64,000 bases of DNA, taken from the NCBI GenBank assembly GCA_963666215.2, contig CAXWPL010000002.1, forward strand, positions 288,001-352,000, given 5' to 3'. Origin of the DNA: Acidobacteriota bacterium (GTDB taxonomy: Bacteria > Acidobacteriota > UBA890 > WLXD01). The translations under genes were made by a program, and so were the position numbers. This document shows positions 20,731-29,856 of this stretch, piece after piece; position 1 is the first letter of the stretch, and each line of letters starts with the position of its first letter. Below the pieces are notes generated by a model that had not been told where the DNA came from, did not search any database, and was given only the letters and a program-made list of their open reading frames with translations.

Positions 20731-23628
20731 CTATTTGCCGATGCTCATGATGTAGGCCACGAGGGCGCTGATCTCGGTCTCGGGGTTGTTGTTCAGCGCC
20801 GGCCAGTACCCGCGCCCAGGCTCGAGGTTCGAGTAGAACTGCGGCATGTTCGTCCCCGGTTGCAGGCTCTGGGGGTCCTTGATCCAGCCGTTGATCCAGT
20901 CGGGCCGCAGACGATCGGCCGCGAGCGCCAGGTCGGGGGCCCACTGTGCCTGGGCTACGCGTGGCTGCTGTGCCCCCTGGAAATGACACGAGAAGCACTG
21001 CAGGCGCCCTGGCTGGTCGGCGGCGAGCTGGCCGCCCTCGGCCACCAGGTTGGCCGGATAGCTGTGCGACCCGGTGAACGTTTCCTCGAACGGGTAGGGG
21101 ACGCCGTCGACCGCGGCGAAGTACTGCGTAAGTGCGTTGAGCTGCGCGTCGTCAAACGCGAAGGTCGGCATGCGCACATCGAGCCATGGCCTGACCGTGC
21201 TCGGTTCCTTGAAGAAACCGTAAAGCCACGCGGGCTGCACGCGGGCGCCTTCCGAGCGTAGGTTCGGCGGGCTGAATGTCAGAGCCGCGGGTCGCGACAG
21301 GCCAGGGTCGCCAGCCATCTTGACGTCGGCGATGACGTCGCGAATAGCGCCGCCCCGATCCTCCACGATGTGGCAGCCACGGCAGTTGTACTTCTCGACG
21401 ATCTTTCTGCCAGCCTCGATCGCGATCCGGTCGGGCGTGGCGGCAGGCTTGGCGGCGTCGGGGATCTCGTCGTCGGTGAAGCCGAGGATGGCGCCGGCGA
21501 TCGCCTCGATCTCGTGCTCTTGGAGCTGGAAGTTGGGCATCCGCAGCAGATCTTGCGAGTTGCGGACACGGCCCACGTCGTAGCTGCGAGGCGAGCGTAG
21601 CTTCTGCTCCAGGAACGCTCGGCGCTCGTGCGGCAATCCCGTGAGTCCGAAGTCGAGCTGCGCGACCGCCTTGCTGCCCCACTCGGAAAGACTCGTGCCG
21701 ATGCGGCCGGCCGATTCGAATCCAGGTATCAGGTGACAACCGAAGCACCCGTAGCGACTGATGAGCTGCTCGCCCAAGTACACGCGCTTGGCTTCGGTGT
21801 CCATCGCGTCGACCTGCGTTTGCGCCTGTTCGCTCGGCAGCTGGCGCCGCAGGTACTCGAGCACGACCTCGTCGCGGACGCTGGCGTCGACTTGGGGGAT
21901 CGTCGGGCTGTCCCAGCCCTCTCGCGTCTGCGCCATCAGGTACGCCGTGATGTCGGCGCCCTCCTGCGACGTCAGCCGCAGGTTAGGCATCACGGTCTCG
22001 TCCCAGTAGTGCGAGGGGTTGCGGATCCAGGTGAACAGCCAGTCGGCGTTGACCTTGCTGCCGAGTCCGCTGAGGTTGGGGCCATGCTGGCGCGGCGACG
22101 CGAAACGCGCGTCATCGATACCGGGTTCTTCTGGCTGTTCGAACTCGCCGATCGTGTGGCAGCCGAGGCAGCCAACGTTGTTGACCAGCTCCTCGCCGCG
22201 AGCCGCGACGCCGCTCGGCGCTGGGTCGAGCGGCATCTCGCTGGCACCGCCCGAGCTGGCCCACAGGTAAGCGACGATGGCGTCGATCTCCATCGGGTTG
22301 CGGCGGGTCCAGTTCTCGTCGGAGGTGTTGGCCAGATCGAAGAACGTCGGCATGGGCGTTTCGGGCCGGAAGCTCTTGGGGTCGGTAACCCAGTTGAAGG
22401 CCCATTCCGGGGTTGTCTTGACGGCCACGTTCATCAGGCTCGGGCCCGTCTTGCGGGCGTCGTCCCAGCGGTCGATCTGGTGACAGCCGTTGCATCCGAG
22501 CTTGTCGATGAGTCCCAGCCCATACTCGAGCTTCGGAGCGTCGGAGATCCAGGCGTCGCTGGCGTGGCAGCTCAAGCAGCTAGCCTCAATCTCGCGCCCG
22601 GGACGCATCGGCCACTCCCAGAGCTCGATGTGCTCCCAGCCGAGCTCGTCGTGCCAGCGCTTGGCCTCGCTCTCATTGTCGGGAGTGTGTACAGCCGACT
22701 CGAACGACGTGGCGTGCCCCTTGCCGAGGTGACACACGGTGCACCCGAAGTCGTCCGACGGATGGATGCTGTCATCGGCGGCGAACAGCTCGAGGCGTGG
22801 GTGGCTGGTGTACGGCTGCTCGTAGCTTTCGTAGTCGCTCGAGCGAGCGCCCAGGTGGCAGGTTTCACAACGATCAACGCGCGGCGCGCTGGCGAAGTTG
22901 AGGTCCATCTCGATGTTGGCCAGCACCGCCTGGTTGATGCGCACCGACGGGTTGAACGCATCCATCATCGGGGCGTTGCGCAGGTAGTACACCCAGTCGA
23001 AGCGCAAGGTGTCGAGGCGATCGCGCAGCCGATCGATCTCACTGTTTGTTGTCGTGATCTCGCTGCTGGCAACCGTGACGTCGTTGCGCAGCTGGTCGCG
23101 CTCGCCCTCGAGCGCCTGCTGTTCCAGAGTGAGAGCCTCGACCCGGGCTGCGGTCCGGGCGATCTCGGCGTCGGCAGCCTCCATCGCCGCGCGTTCCCCG
23201 GTGGCGCCCTCCTCGCCGTGTTCCTGGCGCGTCTCCTCGAACTCCCAGCGCAACGCGTCGTAGTTCGAGCGCGCGAAACGGAAGTTCTGGTCGGCCATCT
23301 CCATCTGCTTGCCGAGCGCGGCGAGCTCCGAGTCGAGCTGCTCGATGCGGTCGCTGTTACCCTGCAGCGCCTGCTCCGCGGCGTCGCGTTGCTGGGTCAG
23401 CTGAGCGAGAGCCTGCTGGTCGACCTGACCCTCGGCATCCTGCAACTGCTGCTGAGCAACCTCGCCCTGGACGACGCGGAAGCGGCGTTGGTACTGCTTC
23501 CACGGACGCGCGAAGTCGTCGTACGCCATCCATCCGACGCTGAGCAGAGATGCCAGCGCGGTGATGGCGAAAATGACGTTCAGCTTGTCGATGTCGCGGG
23601 CGTAGACACCCTTGCGCTTCTTGGCCAT
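20731..23628 (-). CDS. Membrane-anchored octaheme c-type cytochrome of a Rieske/cyt b complex
   Basis: Eight CxxCH motifs (CETCH, CTVCH, CLSCH, CNGCH, CLGCH, CFGCH, CRGCH, CFSCH), N-terminal TM and long coiled coil. Confidence 0.92.
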   Translation of the reverse strand: MAKKRKGVYARDIDKLNVIFAITALASLLSVGWMAYDDFARPWKQYQRRFRVVQGEVAQQQLQDAEGQVDQQALAQLTQQRDAAEQALQGNSDRIEQLDSELAALGKQMEMADQNFRFARSNYDALRWEFEETRQEHGEEGATGERAAMEAADAEIARTAARVEALTLEQQALEGERDQLRNDVTVASSEITTTNSEIDRLRDRLDTLRFDWVYYLRNAPMMDAFNPSVRINQAVLANIEMDLNFASAPRVDRCETCHLGARSSDYESYEQPYTSHPRLELFAADDSIHPSDDFGCTVCHLGKGHATSFESAVHTPDNESEAKRWHDELGWEHIELWEWPMRPGREIEASCLSCHASDAWISDAPKLEYGLGLIDKLGCNGCHQIDRWDDARKTGPSLMNVAVKTTPEWAFNWVTDPKSFRPETPMPTFFDLANTSDENWTRRNPMEIDAIVAYLWASSGGASEMPLDPAPSGVAARGEELVNNVGCLGCHTIGEFEQPEEPGIDDARFASPRQHGPNLSGLGSKVNADWLFTWIRNPSHYWDETVMPNLRLTSQEGADITAYLMAQTREGWDSPTIPQVDASVRDEVVLEYLRRQLPSEQAQTQVDAMDTEAKRVYLGEQLISRYGCFGCHLIPGFESAGRIGTSLSEWGSKAVAQLDFGLTGLPHERRAFLEQKLRSPRSYDVGRVRNSQDLLRMPNFQLQEHEIEAIAGAILGFTDDEIPDAAKPAATPDRIAIEAGRKIVEKYNCRGCHIVEDRGGAIRDVIADVKMAGDPGLSRPAALTFSPPNLRSEGARVQPAWLYGFFKEPSTVRPWLDVRMPTFAFDDAQLNALTQYFAAVDGVPYPFEETFTGSHSYPANLVAEGGQLAADQPGRLQCFSCHFQGAQQPRVAQAQWAPDLALAADRLRPDWINGWIKDPQSLQPGTNMPQFYSNLEPGRGYWPALNNNPETEISALVAYIMSIGK

Positions 23629-23648
23629 CGCTTTGTCTCTGAGGATCC

Positions 23649-24734
23649 CTAGATGTTGAAGAAGAACTCAGGTATCGACACGAAGTACTTCAGATTCACT
23701 GTCCAGCGCAGGTACATCTTGATGGGCACCAGGATCAGGAACATGAACAAGAAGATCCCCACGCCGTAGCGCACCGGGCCCATCTTCTCGAGGTAGTACT
23801 GGAAGTACTTCTTGGTGAGAAACAGCGGCAACACCGTGAAGTACGCCAGCACGAACACGATCCCGAAGATCTCGCGGATGAACCAGTTGCTCGGCAACCC
23901 GACCCCGAGCATTCGGGCCCAGATGTACTCCGACAGCTGCACATTGTTCAGCGCCAGCACCTTGTGGGTATCCCAGACCTCGAAGGGTCCGTAGAAGTTC
24001 CAATTCGGGCCTCGCAGGAACGTTCCCTGGAAGACCAGAGAAATCCACAGAATCAGGAAGCCGAAGAGGAACAGGAAGATCTCGCTGCGACGCTCGGCGA
24101 ACGTGTAGTAACCGTTCCCCTTGGTATTGGTGTCGATGTACGGGATCGCCACCAGCCCCACGATAATCAGCGTCGGGATCACCACCCCGGCAAGCCACGG
24201 GTCGAAGTAGACCAGGATTTCCTGCAGCCCCAGGAAGTACCAGGGTGCCTTCGACGGGTTCGGCGTGAGCTGCGGGTTGGCCGGCTCTTCGAGCGGCGCC
24301 GGGATGGCGATCGACCACACCACGAGGAAGATGCTCACCAGCAGCACGCAGATGAACTCGGTGTAGACGAGGTCGGGCCAGACGAAGACCTTCTCTTCTT
24401 CTTCCGGCTCTGCTTCGTGGGGAGGCTTGCCGTCGGCGATACGCAGGTCGTTATCGACCGCCTTCTTCATGGCGAACCACACGAAGAAGACAATCAGGAA
24501 CATCAGCAGCGCGATCGGCAGGTTGTCGGCGCGCTTGAACTGGATCCAGAAGTTCTCCTCCATGGCGGCGATGGCGAAGAAGACCACCGGGAAGGCGAGG
24601 ATCGAGTACGCGACCACCTTGTTCTGAGTGCACACCACCCGGTACTTCAGGAAGAGCACCAGGCCGATGATCATCAACGTGACGAGGTACTGCGGCGCGA
24701 ACAGCCAGTTGACGATGTTCTGGATGAATTCCAC
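23649..24734 (-). CDS. Cytochrome b C-terminal part (subunit IV/PetD-like) with extra TM helices
   Basis: VWPDLV and PAPLEEPANPQLTPNPSKAPWYFLGLQE (PEWY-equivalent). Confidence 0.88.
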   Translation of the reverse strand: MEFIQNIVNWLFAPQYLVTLMIIGLVLFLKYRVVCTQNKVVAYSILAFPVVFFAIAAMEENFWIQFKRADNLPIALLMFLIVFFVWFAMKKAVDNDLRIADGKPPHEAEPEEEEKVFVWPDLVYTEFICVLLVSIFLVVWSIAIPAPLEEPANPQLTPNPSKAPWYFLGLQEILVYFDPWLAGVVIPTLIIVGLVAIPYIDTNTKGNGYYTFAERRSEIFLFLFGFLILWISLVFQGTFLRGPNWNFYGPFEVWDTHKVLALNNVQLSEYIWARMLGVGLPSNWFIREIFGIVFVLAYFTVLPLFLTKKYFQYYLEKMGPVRYGVGIFLFMFLILVPIKMYLRWTVNLKYFVSIPEFFFNI

Positions 24735-24749
24735 GGGTCCCTGTCTCCC

Positions 24750-25574
24750 CTAAAGAGCGAGCGGGCCGCCCTTGCCGGGCCCCGAGATGCCGCCATCGCG
24801 ACGTATACGCCAGAAGTGGACTGCAAGCAGAATCACGAAGATGAACGGGATTCCCAGGCAATGCAGTACGTAGAAGCGCAGCAGCGCGCCTTCGCCAACG
24901 AATCGTCCCGCCAGGAGCGCGAAGCGCATGTCGGAGCCGGCGGTCACCAGCGGAACATCGCCGAGTTGCATCAACTGCGCGCCGGGACCTTCGACACCGA
25001 TGAACGGAGAGGCCCGCGCCATGTTGGAACCGACGGTAACGGCCCACATGGCCAGCTGGTCCCAAGGCAAGAGATAGCCGGTGAAGGAGAACAGCAGCGT
25101 CAACACCAAAAGCAGCACGCCGACTACCCAGTTGAACTCACGCGGGGGCTTGTAGGACCCGGTCAGGAACACGCGCAGCATGTGCAGCCACACGGTGATG
25201 ATCATCAGGTGGGCTGCCCAGCGGTGCATCTCGCGCATGATGCCGAGCGACGCCGACTCGATGAGGTCGAGCATGTCGGGGTAGGCGTGTTGCGCCGTGG
25301 GCCGGTAGTAGAACATCAGAAGGATGCCGGTGACCGTCAGCGACAGGAACAGGAAGAACGAGATTCCGCCCATACACCAGGTGTAGGAGACGCGCAGACC
25401 CTGCTTACGCATGCGCACCGGGTGCAGGTGCAAAAAGACGTTGGTGAGCACCACGAGCGCGCGGTTCTTGGGGTCCTTCGGCATCTTGTGCCGGAACAAC
25501 GACTTCCACACCGGGGTCCGGGTGAAGTCCCTGAACATCTTGCTGGGACTGGGGATCTTGTCCTTGAGTGCCAT
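24750..25574 (-). CDS. Cytochrome b N-terminal part (cytochrome b6-like)
   Basis: WCMGG, MHRW...WLHMLR, PREFNWVVG, GYLLPWDQ, LH-x14-HF. Confidence 0.95.
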   Translation of the reverse strand: MALKDKIPSPSKMFRDFTRTPVWKSLFRHKMPKDPKNRALVVLTNVFLHLHPVRMRKQGLRVSYTWCMGGISFFLFLSLTVTGILLMFYYRPTAQHAYPDMLDLIESASLGIMREMHRWAAHLMIITVWLHMLRVFLTGSYKPPREFNWVVGVLLLVLTLLFSFTGYLLPWDQLAMWAVTVGSNMARASPFIGVEGPGAQLMQLGDVPLVTAGSDMRFALLAGRFVGEGALLRFYVLHCLGIPFIFVILLAVHFWRIRRDGGISGPGKGGPLAL

Positions 25575-25605
25575 CGAGCGGCGACTCCTCAGCTAGCTCG
25601 GCGTA

Positions 25606-26172
25606 TCAGCCGTTGAAGGGGAGGAACGAGGCGGGGTCGTCCCAGCCACCCTGCTCGAACAGGAACTTCCGCGACTTGTCGACGAGAATCTGGCCGTCGT
25701 CGGCGAGCGAGATCGCGGCGCGCTCGAGCGGGCGCGGGGCCGGTCCTTCGAAGTTGATGCCCGACATGTAGAAGCCACTGCCGTGGCACGGACACTTGAA
25801 CTTGCTCTCGGTGGCCAGCCAGTTGGGCGTGCAGCCCAAGTGGGTGCAAACAGTGATCAGGGCGTAGAAACCCTCGTCATTGCGGACGACCCACACGCCA
25901 AAGGCATTCTTGAACGCCGTCGACACCTGTCCCAGTTGAAAGTCGGTAGGGACGCCGATCTTGAACGACTGCGGTGGCTCATACAGCACGTTCGGAAACA
26001 TGAAACGCAACGTCGCCAGGAGCACTCCACCAATGGCGCCGGTGAACGCGAGCCAGCCGGCGGTCAGCCAGGGAATCGACGTCATGAAGTCACGCCGACT
26101 CTCGGTCGGAACGGGTTGTACCGCGGGTCCGGCAGGCGCTGCGGCGGGCTTTTGGGCCTCGGCTTCGGCCAT
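25606..26172 (-). CDS. Rieske [2Fe-2S] protein
   Basis: Tat motif SRRDF, CTHLGC, CPCHGS and GPAPRPL. Confidence 0.95.
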   Translation of the reverse strand: MAEAEAQKPAAAPAGPAVQPVPTESRRDFMTSIPWLTAGWLAFTGAIGGVLLATLRFMFPNVLYEPPQSFKIGVPTDFQLGQVSTAFKNAFGVWVVRNDEGFYALITVCTHLGCTPNWLATESKFKCPCHGSGFYMSGINFEGPAPRPLERAAISLADDGQILVDKSRKFLFEQGGWDDPASFLPFNG

Positions 26173-26256
26173 GCTGTCGTCTCGCTTCGTGGTGTCGGTG
26201 GGGTTGACGGCCTGCTCGTGTACCGCGCCGAGCGCGCATCCGAGCTCTGTCGGTTT

Positions 26257-27306
26257 CTACTTGTCTGCCGTAGGGTCCTGAATCCAGTCGGAAAGAGCCT
26301 CGCTACCCTGTATGCCCGCTTGGGGCATGGCGTGAAGCGCCTCGCCGGCCGCTTCACGTACCGACGAATCGGGGTCGGCGCTGCGCAGCCGATTGAGCGT
26401 AGCGGTGACCTCCGTGGCCGTCGCCGGGACGCCCATGACGCGCAGCGCTTCGAGCGCGGCCAGCATGGTGTTGCGTTCCTGCTGCGGGGTGATCTGCGGA
26501 ACGAGCGCCAGCGTCTCGCGATCGATCATCTCGGCGAGCTCATCGATGCCCGCGGGGTCGTGCATCAGACCAAGGGCAACCGCGGCGTTCCAGCGCACCG
26601 ACGGAACCACATCGTTGAGAGCAACGCGAAGGGCAGTTCGCGTGTCGCCTTGGCGCAGCACGCCGAGCACGTACGAAGCCATCGTTCGGACGCTGGAATC
26701 GTCGTTACGGAGCTGCGACGCGATCGCGTCGCCTGCTGCATCTCGGGTCGCCGAAGTATCCTGCTGGGCGATGCGTCCGAGCGCCCACATCGAGTTGACG
26801 CGGACTTCCGGATCTTCGTCTTCGAGCTGCCTGATGAGCGCGGCGGTGCCGTTGGCGTGACCCACACGGCCGAGCGCGGTAGCGAGAAAGCGGCGGATGC
26901 GTACGTCGCCCTCTTCCGAGCGCTCGAGCGCTCGCACCACCCGATTCGCGAAATCGCCGTTGCCGTGCAGCTGTTCGTCGAACTGCAACTGCTGCGACAG
27001 GTGAAAAGCGGCCTGCCAGGGCTCGTTGATGCCGCGGCCGTTGATTTGCGCCAGGTACTCCTCTGGAGAGGTACCCTCGTGGGCTACGACGCCGAACATG
27101 ATGAACACGGCCACGCCCACGACCACCAGCAGCAGCGGGACCGCGAAGAACGCGAGAGCGACTGAGAGCGAGGTCGCTTCCTCTCCGTCCAATGCCGCGG
27201 CGTCCGCGGCGATTTCGGCGGAGTCCCGCGAGCCCGATGGAGCGGGCGATGCGGTTGAGCTAGCCGAGGTGGACGAGTCGTGATCAGGCATTGCGGAGGA
27301 GGTCAT
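26257..27306 (-). CDS. Membrane-anchored HEAT-repeat protein
   Basis: One TM followed by repeated units (DPEVRVNSMWALG, DSSVRTMASYVLG, VPSVRWNAAVALG). Confidence 0.85.
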   Translation of the reverse strand: MTSSAMPDHDSSTSASSTASPAPSGSRDSAEIAADAAALDGEEATSLSVALAFFAVPLLLVVVGVAVFIMFGVVAHEGTSPEEYLAQINGRGINEPWQAAFHLSQQLQFDEQLHGNGDFANRVVRALERSEEGDVRIRRFLATALGRVGHANGTAALIRQLEDEDPEVRVNSMWALGRIAQQDTSATRDAAGDAIASQLRNDDSSVRTMASYVLGVLRQGDTRTALRVALNDVVPSVRWNAAVALGLMHDPAGIDELAEMIDRETLALVPQITPQQERNTMLAALEALRVMGVPATATEVTATLNRLRSADPDSSVREAAGEALHAMPQAGIQGSEALSDWIQDPTADK

Positions 27307-27341
27307 ACCGAGGCTGGGAGGGCCGGTTCAAAAGCGCGCAT

Positions 27342-27370
27342 AACCTATCTCGCGACCCCCTGGCAGTCAA
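27342..27370 (-). promoter_or_regulatory. Sigma70-like promoter TTGACT-N17-TAGGTT for the HEAT-Rieske-cyt b operon
   Basis: Exact 17-bp spacing; -10 box about 35 bp upstream of ATG 27306. Confidence 0.55.
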
Positions 27371-27542
27371 ACCGAAGTTCGCCACGCAAAGTCGCCGGAA
27401 TCGGCTCGAATGCGGCACTTTGGCGACGATCCGGGGATCAACGAGAACCAGTCAGAATCGCGGGCATTGTGCCGCCGCACCACCCTCGCTCCCACGCCGG
27501 CGACGACCGCAGACCGTGCCGAGGCACGTCCTTCCGGACGTG

Positions 27543-28079
27543 TCAGGGCGTTGCGGCGGCGCCCTCTTCGTTGTCGGCATCGAGCTCCGGGTCGCGCTCA
27601 TCGGAGTCGAGCCAGGGTGGCGACTGCCGCTTGTAGCGGTCGGCGAGAAGTGGGTCGTGGGCACGATGCAGTGGATTGTGGGCGAAACCGCGATGAATCG
27701 CGTCGCAGCCGTAGCAAACGGTGATCTCGGGTACAAAGCGGTAGAGACCGTAGTCGAGCCCCATGCAGACCAACAGGCTCATTCCATAGGTCCATGGCGA
27801 GAGAACCGCACCGATGACCACGATCACGAGACCGACCTTCCGGTTGAAGTCCTTCTGCGCAAACATCCGGTCGTAATCGCACACAGAGCAGTACGGCAAC
27901 GGATTCAGGATCTCGCTGTCGGGGCCAAGGCTGCGCTCGGCGAGGCTGACCGAGTGATCGCAGTGGCCGCAGGCAAGCGTCCTGCCCGATGCGAACTCGT
28001 GGGTGCCCGGTTTCTCACACTTGGGGCAGCGCCAATCGACGGAAAGGTCGTGCTCTGAACTGACGTCGCTTTCGATCAA
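27543..28079 (-). CDS. Hypothetical membrane protein with four CxxC motifs (Zn-ribbon-like)
   Basis: CPKC, CGHC, CSVC and CYGC around a hydrophobic hairpin. Confidence 0.75.
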   Translation of the reverse strand: MIESDVSSEHDLSVDWRCPKCEKPGTHEFASGRTLACGHCDHSVSLAERSLGPDSEILNPLPYCSVCDYDRMFAQKDFNRKVGLVIVVIGAVLSPWTYGMSLLVCMGLDYGLYRFVPEITVCYGCDAIHRGFAHNPLHRAHDPLLADRYKRQSPPWLDSDERDPELDADNEEGAAATP

Positions 28080-28131
28080 AGTGATTCCCTGTTCACCGGT
28101 CGGCTCTTTCTATCCGGCTCTTTCCAAAGCA

Positions 28132-28941
28132 CTAGTACGGACGGCCGCTCGCCAGCGACATGAAGATCGTGATCACCTCGCCGAACAGCACGAACACGAT
28201 TGCCGCGTACAGGATACCGGTCGCCGACTGCAGCGATCGGATCTGCACGGTCTTCCACGTCATCCATGCCAGCGCGAGGGGAGAGAGCACGCCGAGCACA
28301 AAGCGCACGAGCACGAACAGCGCGTCGCCCAGCACCAGCGCTCGCATCAGGCCACCTGGGCCCGTGGTCCATTCGCTCCAGTGGAGGGCGACGACCGCGA
28401 AGATCAAGATCAGCTTGACAATCTCGGTCCCCAGGAAGAGCGCGATCACTCGGTTGAGCGGGCCGATGGGCATGCTCGGCTCAACGAGATACCAGTGGGC
28501 CAGAAGCATGGCGAACAGGACCGTGCCCAAGGCTACGGCCGCGCTCGCCAGGCCGGCCCAAAAAATCGCGGCCTCGACCCCGCCGGCGGGCGATCGCAAC
28601 GCTGGATCGAGCGCCAAAGCTGCAACGGCGGCGATCGCGGCGATCGTCAGAGTCGCCTTCGACAAAGAGTTCGGGCGATCGGGGCTCATGCCAACGGCAA
28701 CGCCGAACACCGCGGTCGCGATGACGCAGGCGGCGTAGGCGAGCAGCGCGCCGGTGGATAGAGGCATGGCGCGACCGAGGGCGGTGAGGCGTGGCCCGGC
28801 GCCGAGCCCGATCAGCGCGATCGCGATGAGCGTCGTCAGACGCCAGAAGCCGGGCCCGATCCGCGGGACCGCCACACGCGCGGCGATCATTGTGCCGACG
28901 CCGAAGAAGCCGAGAAGGAGCGAAAGCGCGGCGATGAGCAT
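28132..28941 (-). CDS. Hypothetical multi-TM membrane protein
   Basis: Highly hydrophobic; MLLAHWYL and QSATGILY motifs. Confidence 0.75.
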   Translation of the reverse strand: MLIAALSLLLGFFGVGTMIAARVAVPRIGPGFWRLTTLIAIALIGLGAGPRLTALGRAMPLSTGALLAYAACVIATAVFGVAVGMSPDRPNSLSKATLTIAAIAAVAALALDPALRSPAGGVEAAIFWAGLASAAVALGTVLFAMLLAHWYLVEPSMPIGPLNRVIALFLGTEIVKLILIFAVVALHWSEWTTGPGGLMRALVLGDALFVLVRFVLGVLSPLALAWMTWKTVQIRSLQSATGILYAAIVFVLFGEVITIFMSLASGRPY

Positions 28942-29139
28942 GCTGGAGGGCGCCTGCGGCCCGCGGGTGGGGGTTGTGGGCGAGGGGTGAGCGGCGACGG
29001 CGCCCGAATCCGGCGGAGGTTAGCATGCTGGTCGGCCTCCCAACTGCGTTTCGAGAGCGCCGACACGACCCGTTCGATTGCTCCCCATTCGCTTCCACGG
29101 AGCTCCTGTTCAGCTCCCCGTTTCATCAGGCATCCGCCC

Positions 29140-29856
29140 TTGCCGTCGATTGCCATCGTCATTCCGGCCTTCAACGAGGCAGAGGCGCTGCCGAGGGTTC
29201 TGGCCGAGATCCCGGCCCGGTTCGGTGCCCGCGTCGTGGTGGTCGACAACGCCAGCGACGATGGCACAGGCGACGTTGCCCGCGCCCACGGTGCCGAGGC
29301 CGTGTTGGAGACCCGGCGCGGCTATGGGTCTGCGTGCTTGGCCGGCATTGCACATGTGGCCGATAGCCCGCCGGATGTGCTGGTTATCCTCGACGCCGAT
29401 CACAGCGACTATCCGGAGGACTTGGAGCTTCTGGTGAGCCCGATCTTCGAGGACAACGCCGATCTCGTTTGCGGCAGTCGCGTTGAGAGGGCCGGATCGG
29501 GCGTGCTCGGACCGCACGTGCGCTGGGGCAACCGTCTCGCAACCGGGATGATCTGGCTGCTGTTCGGCCACCGGTACCAGGACATGGGTCCCTTTCGTGC
29601 GCTGCGCTGGCGCTCGTTGATGCAGCTCGAGATGAGCGATCCGGCCTACGGTTGGAACGCCGAGATGCAGGTGAAGGCGTTGCAGCGCGGCCTGCGCGTG
29701 CTCGAGGTTCCCGTTCGATATAGAACGCGCGTCGGTCGCTCGAAGATCAGCGGCACACTGCGGGGCACGATTGGCGCGGGCAGCGGAATCCTGATGATGA
29801 TCGCGCGGCTGCGCCTGGCCCACGGGGGTTCGTTGGTGAGTGAGTCTTCGACGTGA
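29140..29856 (+). CDS. Glycosyltransferase family 2 (DPM1-like)
   Basis: VIPAFNE, VVVDNASDD, LDAD and GRSKISG; start estimated at TTG 29140. Confidence 0.9.
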   Translation: MPSIAIVIPAFNEAEALPRVLAEIPARFGARVVVVDNASDDGTGDVARAHGAEAVLETRRGYGSACLAGIAHVADSPPDVLVILDADHSDYPEDLELLVSPIFEDNADLVCGSRVERAGSGVLGPHVRWGNRLATGMIWLLFGHRYQDMGPFRALRWRSLMQLEMSDPAYGWNAEMQVKALQRGLRVLEVPVRYRTRVGRSKISGTLRGTIGAGSGILMMIARLRLAHGGSLVSESST

